A stretch of 64,000 bases of DNA, taken from positions 992,001-1,056,000 of the forward strand of contig CBFFSA010000003.1 of NCBI GenBank assembly GCA_965644495.1. Reading direction: 5' to 3'. Below are positions 55,957-64,000 of the stretch, one piece after another. The DNA is from Perkinsela sp. CCAP 1560/9. Lineage: Eukaryota; Protista; Euglenozoa: Kinetoplastea. The notes below the pieces were generated by a model. It saw only the letters and a program-made list of their open reading frames with translations, did no database searches and was not told the DNA's origin. The first letter of the stretch is position 1. The number at the start of each line of letters is the position of its first letter. The translations under genes and the position numbers were made by a program.

Positions 55957-58143
55957 TTACTTTCTATCAACGGAATGATAGTTCAACATAGCTCTGGCTT
56001 TTACTGGAAGGGACTTCATATCTACGTTGTCTGCACCCGGAATGTCTTGATCGAAGGCTAATGCCATGGGATCTGTCTCGGACCACTTTGCATCCAATGC
56101 TTTTACGATCAACTGTTTTGGATTGCGCACTCGACTCAACGCCACATACAGCAAATGAGGGCAAGAAAACATTTTTGTCAAGTCCAATATAACATTACCT
56201 GTCAACGTTAAGCCCTGTACTTTATGAACTGTAAACGCGTAGGCTAACTGCAGCGGTATTCCTAACAAATAGGTGGAATAGTACTCCGTGCCAACATCGC
56301 CTCCGACGGGAATGGCCAAAGGGGGGACTAGAACGAGCTCGTTATTATTGAACCGCACAAGAGGGAGTAGCGGTAGTTCCTGCTCTTGGGTTCTCAAAAA
56401 ATCCATGTACTTCGGTACCTCTTCGTACATCCGAGGAGGAATGCTTCCCTGGTACTGTGCCTGAGTACTTGGGTCCGCATATCCCTCCACTATTCCCACT
56501 GATCCATTAACCAGAGTTCTACTCAAGTTCCAACGAAGCATCACACGCGCGCCGACACGCAATCCCAAGGGCTCGTAGAATAACTCCTTTCGCGCCCTCT
56601 CCTGAAGCCTTGTTTGAATGTGGATAGGGATGTCGTCCGGCGTTGCTACCTCGGAGAGTGTTTCATAACCCATGTTGCTCAATGATACGCGGAGCCCCTG
56701 CAGGACGCTTAGGGTGGCAGTTTCCACCACCTCAGCACGCCGTGCCTCATCTTCAATGCACACCGATAAGACCTTAGCCCGAATGGCGCACCTCAAATCC
56801 TGTGCGTTGTCCAAATCCAAAGGATATACCGAAAGCACAATGTCCCGAAACTCATTTTCACTTGCCCTGTTTTTCTCCATCTCATGGGCAACGCGACGTT
56901 TAAGATCAGCAAGTGAGCTGCCTATTTTTTCCTCAACCTCGCTGAGTTGTATCACACACTTTGGTGTCCAATCCTCGATCAATTCCGTTTTTCCTAGTTG
57001 ACTTGGAAAAGACTGGGTCGAACCGGGCAATAATGCAAGACGGCGAGAGTTACGACGCAGTACGTCTTCGTTTCGTGGAAAAATATAGATAGCGTCCGGC
57101 TCTTCCGGCAATTCTTCGTTGCTTGAAATTGTTTTTACACAATTAAAAATGCTGGAAGGTAGCTGCCCATACCGTACTTCTTTCAGAATGTGGGAAAACT
57201 CATTTTGTTGCTCTGCAAGGCGATGAATTGTTGTTAGTTTCACATGAACGAAATGTTGCATAAAAAGGTCATTGTAAAAAAGTGGGTGATTAGGAATGCC
57301 TCCAAGTTGCAAAAAATCTCCACAGAGTATCAGTTGAATGCCTCCAAAGGGCATAGAATTTTTTCTTGTCGCTCGAGCAGCAATATCCAGATGAGCGAGC
57401 AGTTCCGATTGAATCATTGAAACTTCGTCAATCAGGATTGCGTCCAAATTTTTCAAATGTGTGGTCAATAATCCATCTAATCCAAACAAGTGATGAAAGG
57501 TATATCCATTGATATTTGCAGCCGCAACGCCCGTGGAGGCTGTCACAGCAATGCGGAACTTTCTTTCATGTCGAAGAGTATTTACAATTTCGCGGAGCAC
57601 TACTGTCTTACCCGTCCCAGCAGATCCCCCAAGATATAAGTTATAACCCAATTTTGCAATTTCTAACGCATTTCGTTGATCTGTTGTAAGTTGTGTAAGA
57701 TCAACCCGTTCTCCAATTGAATCCCCGCCGATGCCAAAGTCAATGGTCTCAGGGCTCTGTGACTGGCGACGGCAATACTCCTGTGCTTCACGATCCAGAT
57801 ACTTATGTAATTGATCGATGAGTTCAGTTGCTGAATTGCTGTCGTGCACCATGTGAGAAAGCGTTTGCGAGGCGTACTTTCCCAAAGGTTTGAGTAGAGA
57901 CTTCAACCCTTCACCCGAAAATTTAATCGCGAGGAGTTCGTTAGCGAGCTGCCAAAAAAGGTACTCATTTTCAAGATAGAGAGAGGAGTTTTTGGATGGT
58001 TGAAAGCCAAGGTTAACCCAGCGTTCCATTTGTTTGCTTTTCATAGGAAGTGCACGTCTGGTAAGTGGATTATAAACAAGTGATGCACGAACATCCTTCG
58101 TGTCGAAGTGAGACAGCTTGAATAGGCGAACAGATCGATACAT
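55957..58143 (-). CDS. PIF1: Mitochondrial PIF1-family 5'-3' DNA helicase
   Basis: GSAGTGKT, IDEVSM, GDFLQL, PLQLAYAFTVHKVQGLTL and YVALSRVR; presequence-like N-terminus. Confidence 0.93.
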   Translation of the reverse strand: MYRSVRLFKLSHFDTKDVRASLVYNPLTRRALPMKSKQMERWVNLGFQPSKNSSLYLENEYLFWQLANELLAIKFSGEGLKSLLKPLGKYASQTLSHMVHDSNSATELIDQLHKYLDREAQEYCRRQSQSPETIDFGIGGDSIGERVDLTQLTTDQRNALEIAKLGYNLYLGGSAGTGKTVVLREIVNTLRHERKFRIAVTASTGVAAANINGYTFHHLFGLDGLLTTHLKNLDAILIDEVSMIQSELLAHLDIAARATRKNSMPFGGIQLILCGDFLQLGGIPNHPLFYNDLFMQHFVHVKLTTIHRLAEQQNEFSHILKEVRYGQLPSSIFNCVKTISSNEELPEEPDAIYIFPRNEDVLRRNSRRLALLPGSTQSFPSQLGKTELIEDWTPKCVIQLSEVEEKIGSSLADLKRRVAHEMEKNRASENEFRDIVLSVYPLDLDNAQDLRCAIRAKVLSVCIEDEARRAEVVETATLSVLQGLRVSLSNMGYETLSEVATPDDIPIHIQTRLQERARKELFYEPLGLRVGARVMLRWNLSRTLVNGSVGIVEGYADPSTQAQYQGSIPPRMYEEVPKYMDFLRTQEQELPLLPLVRFNNNELVLVPPLAIPVGGDVGTEYYSTYLLGIPLQLAYAFTVHKVQGLTLTGNVILDLTKMFSCPHLLYVALSRVRNPKQLIVKALDAKWSETDPMALAFDQDIPGADNVDMKSLPVKARAMLNYHSVDRK

Positions 58144-58445
58144 GGTATATCAGTTTGTGGCGCTAGAAGTCAAGAGTGTGGAACCATAGGCAAAGATTTT
58201 TCTGAGCTTTAGGAAGTGACACTGGTAAAACTATATCTATTAAATCAAGGAAAACGTAAATTATGTATGTGGCACTACAATAGTCAATGTACGTCAATAG
58301 TCAATGTATGTGGCACTATTCTAGTCCAGAATAGTCTATTCTGGACTAGAACGATGTGCAACCAAACATGTGTACATACGATAATTGAGGTCAAACATGC
58401 TAAATTCGCACTTGAACAAAACTTCACATGAAAGAGTAGGCAGGA

Positions 58446-59936
58446 TTAAAACCTTCGCAGAGGGAACAGAAGTTTTTTCCAAGCCCTTTTGTAACGGCCC
58501 ATAAAGCGCATTTTGAAACGACTGCATACATAGCCGAATGTCGTTCGCGGTAGGAGGGCGTAGTCAAGTAAACTCTGGTGATGCGAATACATCTTTTCGA
58601 CCTCGGGACGACGCGTTTCTTGCAGCCAGCGTGGGGCGTTGACAGTATTACTGGCTAGTTGGGAGCTAAGTTCCATACAATCCTGAAAGGCGATTGCCTC
58701 TGTGACGTCAATCGCATCAGTGTGTGAACAGTGCGCCGAGTGGCCTATGCGAAGAAACTTCCCATCCATCTCTGACCAAAAGGGGAGAACGTACTGCGGG
58801 GTACGGTAGACCAGAAAGTCTCTCGCCGTTGTGTACTTTTGCGTGTGAAGAATCAGAGGTTTAAACATTGTGTGGGAAATGTAGCCCGGGAGATTGCCAG
58901 TGAAGACGCGCACCAGCTCTCGCCAGAAGGTAGTGGGATCGCAACTCGTACGGCGAGGATCGGAAAGTTCCTCGGAAAGGCTCAAAATGACACTGTAGTA
59001 CAACCGTGAAGGGCTCATCATCGGTCTTACAATCACCTTAGACTCTGTTGGAGTAAGAATTTCAACGATTTCTTGACTCCCAGGGGTAAACCGTTTTTCC
59101 ATGTCCGTGACGGGTGAAAACTCTGGTACTTTGTACTCCAACCACCGAAGAGATTTCGCGTCACTTAATGTCTCCTCGTTCTGCACATGGTACCTTGTTT
59201 GCTCATCCGTTTGAGAACAGTCGGGGAGTATCGAGTGATGACGTGATGTAGCAATCACTTTCCGGTACACCCGTGTTACGCCTGGGTTGTTCAGAAACCG
59301 AAGACTGACGCAATCTTCTCCCGCCACGGTCATTGTCCGCGCATCCACAACTGAGCCTGGGGAAAGTACTGTACATGCGTACTGGCTGAGCCGGCAAAGT
59401 GACAGCAGAGAGTCCTCAATGCGTTGCCGATCGCAGCAGTAGAACGTCGGTGCCTCATCGCCCTTCTCACAGAGTCCCGCGAGATCGAGATCGCAGAGGT
59501 CATTCCCTACGTGGTCGAATGAGATCAGCCGACCTGCCACACTACCGTGGGGGACGGAAATCCCCATGACATCCCCGAGCACTTGTGTGGCACCCGGGGT
59601 AAGCACCACGGACCCCCGGTCCTGGTCACTCTCCGGACTCTGGGTGATCGCGAGATCACACTCTAGCCCACGAAGGCGAAGGCAAAGCGCCATAAAGGGT
59701 GCAGTGATTCCCTCCCCCAGAACGAGGTACCGGTTTGAGGGCCCCGAGGAAGCACCGGGCTGGAAAGTAGGGGCTGGAGCAGGTGGGATGGGGTAAGAGA
59801 ATACTCCTGCGGCTTTTGCGCCCCGACTGCTGAGAAGGTGAGACGGAGAACGTTGAAACGAAAGACGAGGTGTAGAAGGTTGCATGTTAAGGGGTTGTGA
59901 TCTCAGCTTAGTGACAAAAACGTTATGTTGATCCAA
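58446..59936 (-). CDS. FAD-dependent monooxygenase-like protein with degenerate motifs
   Basis: YLVLGEGITAP (GxGxxG-like) and IGHSAH (GDAAH-like); overall UbiH/salicylate-hydroxylase layout. Confidence 0.6.
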   Translation of the reverse strand: MDQHNVFVTKLRSQPLNMQPSTPRLSFQRSPSHLLSSRGAKAAGVFSYPIPPAPAPTFQPGASSGPSNRYLVLGEGITAPFMALCLRLRGLECDLAITQSPESDQDRGSVVLTPGATQVLGDVMGISVPHGSVAGRLISFDHVGNDLCDLDLAGLCEKGDEAPTFYCCDRQRIEDSLLSLCRLSQYACTVLSPGSVVDARTMTVAGEDCVSLRFLNNPGVTRVYRKVIATSRHHSILPDCSQTDEQTRYHVQNEETLSDAKSLRWLEYKVPEFSPVTDMEKRFTPGSQEIVEILTPTESKVIVRPMMSPSRLYYSVILSLSEELSDPRRTSCDPTTFWRELVRVFTGNLPGYISHTMFKPLILHTQKYTTARDFLVYRTPQYVLPFWSEMDGKFLRIGHSAHCSHTDAIDVTEAIAFQDCMELSSQLASNTVNAPRWLQETRRPEVEKMYSHHQSLLDYALLPRTTFGYVCSRFKMRFMGRYKRAWKKLLFPLRRF

Positions 59937-59971
59937 TATGATAGTAGATAAATTTTAGCACTCTTCTAGTA

Positions 59972-60152
59972 CTGTTCCCCCTCCTTTAAAGCGCACCTCA
60001 ATTTTCGTCAAAAGTGTACTTAAACGGGGGAAGGGTCTGAATCACTACATAAAAGAAATTGGCGCTGTTTCCCGGCACTGCAGTTTGCACCTCAACTGTA
60101 TGTGCACTTAAACGGGGGATCGGACCGGGTACGCTTAAGGGGAGGGGGACAG
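59972..60152. mobile_element. TA-flanked MITE in an intergenic region of the gene cluster
   Basis: TA|CTGTTCCCCCTCCTTTAAAGCGCACC...GGTACGCTTAAGGGGAGGGGGACAG|TA. Confidence 0.75.
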
Positions 60153-60538
60153 TATTTCTTCAAAGTTTAGATGAACACATTTTTTTCGAATACAAAAGAC
60201 CCAACGTTACCACCAATGTGTGTATTATTGTAGCATATTGTAGCATATTGTTTTCGCATTCGCTGACGGCGTTGTATTTAATTTACGTTGTCTGATGGCC
60301 ACGTGAGCTATGCCCTAGCACAATCACGCACAGAGTGACCATAAAATGATGCCACACACATTGATTGATGCCACACATTGATTCTGCTGAAAGTATTTCA
60401 ACCGCCGTCATCCCACCATTTAAGCGCAGACGAGCATGTTACGAGTACGTGCAGAACACGTTAAGATCTTCAACTTACCGAGATCTTAAACATCTCTCTA
60501 CGAATCAAGCTGTCCAAGCGGTAAGGAAGGAATTCACT

Positions 60539-61381
60539 TTATAATTCGTCCTCGCCATAATAGCGAGATACAATACTTCCCCCAGGTGGGAATCGGTGGG
60601 AAGTGTTCTGCTCTTCTTGGTCTCCGGTGCTATGAAGTAATGGGTCATTCGCTTTTTTCAAACCGTAGGGAAAATCGTGATGCGTCTCAATGGGTCCAAA
60701 AACTCGAGCCCTACTGCCGCGCAAATGGCAAATTTTATCCTCATCGGTAGAAGAACTTTCTTCCTGAGCATTAATCTGTTTTTTATGGCCTTTAACTCTT
60801 TTCTTTGTCTCATATTTATGAAGTTCGTGCTCAACGGCTATTGGGTCAACCTCTTTTACTGTAACCGGAAGGACTGGAGTTTCGTAAGACTGACCTAGCG
60901 AGACACAAGGTTTGCCAGTGGTAACAGAGAGCGATCGTTCCATTTCGTTGCGCTTTGGATTATCACCAAGTAATCCCGATGTAGATGATTCAAGAATGCG
61001 GCGCTGCACTTCTATTGTCTCCTCCGTTCGTTGTTTTTTCCAACAGTGTTCCTGCTCACTAACTATGCTTCTTCTAGTCATCACATTGTCTGCAGAACTA
61101 AGGTGGGGATTTACTGGGTTTATGCGATCCCTCTGTGTTACTGACATTCCGTACTGCATATCTTTCACACAACATTGACACACATTTTTTAGACGTGCAC
61201 AGGTGTAGCACATTACTGTGGAAGCAAGCTTTCGTGTTACAGTGCTTGGACGCCACTGATAGCTCGTATAACGTCGTTGACATATGTTGCATTCCTTCCC
61301 ATTTGTCTTTTTCAGGAGTTGAACCTTTCGATTAGACCCCAGGCAACTTGAACACAATAATGGTATGTCCGTTTCTTGCAT
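60539..61381 (-). CDS. RBM22/Ecm2(Slt11)-like pre-mRNA splicing factor (N-terminal zinc-binding domain)
   Basis: PLLCSSCLG...ECNICQR...CYTCARLKNVCQCC..D..YG. Confidence 0.85.
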   Translation of the reverse strand: MQETDIPLLCSSCLGSNRKVQLLKKTNGKECNICQRRYTSYQWRPSTVTRKLASTVMCYTCARLKNVCQCCVKDMQYGMSVTQRDRINPVNPHLSSADNVMTRRSIVSEQEHCWKKQRTEETIEVQRRILESSTSGLLGDNPKRNEMERSLSVTTGKPCVSLGQSYETPVLPVTVKEVDPIAVEHELHKYETKKRVKGHKKQINAQEESSSTDEDKICHLRGSRARVFGPIETHHDFPYGLKKANDPLLHSTGDQEEQNTSHRFPPGGSIVSRYYGEDEL

Positions 61382-61781
61382 GATTCAGAATGCTATCATT
61401 TCATTTTACAAGAAAAAGCTTATTTTCAAGATATACGCTCTGATATTTATGGCGCTCTTAATATGATATTCATGCGCTAATATTATGATATTTATGCGCT
61501 CCTATTATTGACTTTACCTATAAACTAATATTAGTGACATACAACTACGAACTTCGTCGAAGTAATATTGGGCCAATATTTACAAGCGTTTCTAGGCGCT
61601 CTCACCCAGTCACTCTTCTTAGTATTAAACAGCTACGCTGTACTATTGCGAAAGTTCACATAGAACTCTGAAAAAAAAGAACCCCACAAAATCCAACAGG
61701 GATTGTTGACTCACAAGTTTAATTATTCCAATACATTCTTCGAGTCGAAGTCTTCGTCATCCTAGGAATGCCAAGAAAGAA

Positions 61782-63704
61782 TCACATACCGCCCCAGTTA
61801 AAAACTTCTCGTAAGAGAGAAGTTGCATAGCTTCCAGGAGGCAGTGCGAAAGATAAATGGAGCGATCTCATTGGCTTCGATTCCTCAACTATTTCCCTGT
61901 TTTCAGGTGTTGTTAATTCCTCAGTGGAGAAGTCCATCTTGTCAGGTTTCACTATGAGGTATCGGTAACTGCCCTTTATGTTGTATTCACGTGCTTGGGT
62001 CGTAAATATAGATTCACAACCCAATTGCGCTAATACCCTTTCGTAAAACATGCGATTTATGTGATGCTCAGGGAACAAGAGTCCTGGATCAGATCCCGGC
62101 AAAGGCAAGACAATGTCGGTTATACAACACTTTTCAATGTTCTCACGCGTTACCACTTGTGGCTTGTCAATACTCGATGCACATGTTGTATCGTTGTGGG
62201 AAGATTCTGACGTGTCAAGATCAAGATCTGATTCTGTTCTCTCATGCTGACATCCAGTATTTGGCAGCATGAGATCTCCGACCACTACAATACTCCCAAA
62301 ACAACGAATTCTCTCCGATGCTACACAATTCCATACCCAGCTTTGGACAGCATGAACGTACAGACTTCGAGTATTGCGTGGTAAGGTCATCCAAGCTCTT
62401 TGATAGTCATGAGGTTCAGAAGCCAGAGATAATAAAATTCCCTTCTCAGTCCTGAATTTAAAATTCAGCTCAGCTGCTGCCGAGGAAAATACACCTTTGG
62501 AGCCCGGTTGTGCAGACACAGACTTGATATCAGGGAGGTTTATTGCTCGCGTAGCATTGGCAAATTTCGGAGATGTTTGAGAAGCGTTCAAAAATATTAG
62601 ACCGATTGCCCTATCCAGCTTGCCCAGCAATACTTCTATGCCTATTTCATGTGTTGCTATTGGTGCGGTACCAAAACGTTGAGGTCCATAAAAGTTAATA
62701 AAACCAACGCTTCGGATATTTGCAAGGAGTTTATCTTCGCATACTCCCCAGTGCGATACTTCTCTCACTACAATTTTAAAGTAATTTCCGCGATGTGCGC
62801 CAAGCCAGAGCTTATCAGGTTTGCGCTCAGGACAACTGACTGATACTCGGCCATGTGTATTGAGCTTTTCAACTTGACTCCAATCCCCTCGATAAAGTGA
62901 AACACGTTGGAATGTTTGCGCCCTTTTGTCTTTTGCACCGGAAAATCCGAATAACTTGTGAGATAGATGCAAGCTACGGGAAAGGTATTGGATGGCAGAA
63001 GCTGTATCCATGTTCCTTTTTTCCAGCGTGAAATGCAAGTAATATGGACTCTCGCATGCACGGGAGCGTTTGCGATCTTCTGATCTGCAAACTCGAATAT
63101 CAAAGGAGTTGTCACCACAATATGTAGAGGTTAACAGTGGAAAACAAAATCTTACAGCTTCGTGCACTCTCGTGCGTTGTTCTTTGTTCATAGGAACTAG
63201 GAGTTTGATATTCATTATTCCTGTACGTGGCAGTTCGGAGAGCTTCTCTTGCGTAGAAGTTTCTAATGCAAAGCCAGCTTTTGGTGTTGCATCCCCTAAT
63301 TTAGATTCTCGATCCCTGTGGGAAGGCGTTTTCTTACTGCAAAGCTGCAGTACCGTTTCTAAGGCGTGCGTACCAAAGGAATCCTTAAGGAGTTGAATGT
63401 GATCTTTTTCAGCATCACTTAGTTCGGTTTTCGCTGGCGTACATGTATTGGTATTTATAGGAGGATCTTTGGATCCCAACATACCCTGATCGCAGCCATC
63501 TGCCTCTTTTGAATATTCTGCTATTTGCGGGACATGTATGCCCGCAATACAACCGTCTTGGCCAATTTCATGCACGATAAAATCTTCAGCGCACGCCTTC
63601 AGAACTCCACTAGGAGATATGTTACTGTGCTTGGCGAACAGCTTTGTTATAACGCCCATAGAAGCATCACTTCGATACGTACTTGGAGGCTGCCGAGAAT
63701 TCAT
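61782..63704 (-). CDS. PUS7: TruD/PUS7 pseudouridine synthase
   Basis: FSGAKDKRAQTFQRVS, GFINFYGPQRFG and LSFALPPGSYATSLLRE. Confidence 0.95.
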   Translation of the reverse strand: MNSRQPPSTYRSDASMGVITKLFAKHSNISPSGVLKACAEDFIVHEIGQDGCIAGIHVPQIAEYSKEADGCDQGMLGSKDPPINTNTCTPAKTELSDAEKDHIQLLKDSFGTHALETVLQLCSKKTPSHRDRESKLGDATPKAGFALETSTQEKLSELPRTGIMNIKLLVPMNKEQRTRVHEAVRFCFPLLTSTYCGDNSFDIRVCRSEDRKRSRACESPYYLHFTLEKRNMDTASAIQYLSRSLHLSHKLFGFSGAKDKRAQTFQRVSLYRGDWSQVEKLNTHGRVSVSCPERKPDKLWLGAHRGNYFKIVVREVSHWGVCEDKLLANIRSVGFINFYGPQRFGTAPIATHEIGIEVLLGKLDRAIGLIFLNASQTSPKFANATRAINLPDIKSVSAQPGSKGVFSSAAAELNFKFRTEKGILLSLASEPHDYQRAWMTLPRNTRSLYVHAVQSWVWNCVASERIRCFGSIVVVGDLMLPNTGCQHERTESDLDLDTSESSHNDTTCASSIDKPQVVTRENIEKCCITDIVLPLPGSDPGLLFPEHHINRMFYERVLAQLGCESIFTTQAREYNIKGSYRYLIVKPDKMDFSTEELTTPENREIVEESKPMRSLHLSFALPPGSYATSLLREVFNWGGM

Positions 63705-64000
63705 CTAGCTCAAACTTCCTTGGATGTCCTCCACCTTTAAGTTCTACTCCTCAGATGTAAGATGGCTTTGATGGAAATACCAGTAAAATGCAACCCAGGA
63801 ACATTAAAAGAGTAAACGCCAAAATCCCGCACACTAAGTAGATTTCATTACAAACATATTTTCTTGTATAGGCCACATGAAACAGAAACAGATTGGCTTG
63901 AAGTCCTTCAATAGGCTAATGAATAATGAAGAAAAGTAAGTCGAATAGAAGTAAAAAAGGATGGGTACTGATCTACATACAGTAGTCTATTGCACATACA

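Noticed and set aside
34400-63740. Plus-strand ORFs within the gene cluster
   Set aside because: Antisense shadows of well-supported minus-strand genes.

Overview
Eukaryotic, intron-free, kinetoplastid-type DNA. KREX1, a tuzin-like gene and a mitochondrial PIF1 helicase are present, and the divergent proteins suggest a prokinetoplastid such as Perkinsela (inference). All recognisable host genes lie on the minus strand, as in a polycistronic unit. Positions 34.4-64 kb are gene-dense: Sec16, tuzin-like, Fyv7/TAP26, NPF-repeat nucleoporin-like, KREX1, prefoldin, b5-reductase-like, SF3a60, PABP, PIF1, flavin monooxygenase-like, RBM22/Ecm2-like and PUS7. Positions 2.9-33.6 kb are a dense nest of mostly non-autonomous DNA transposons (Tc1/mariner, PIF/Harbinger/ISL2EU, hAT, Merlin-like, Helitron-like) plus a CRE/SLACS endonuclease relic. 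A few host genes are scattered through and beside this nest (TPPP, Ub-L40, RMI1, an SDH8-like protein, and a signal-peptide ORF running off the left edge). Most notable: (i) a semi-palindromic motif sits a fixed 70-71 bp from the ends of three unrelated TA-flanked TIR families; (ii) a TSD-less, hairpin-ended mobile element carries two opposed tRNA-type B boxes; (iii) an RT-less CRE-type nuclease lies inside a TIR element; (iv) a 922-bp fold-back MITE has a reconstructable origin; (v) TACATGTA looks like an excision footprint.
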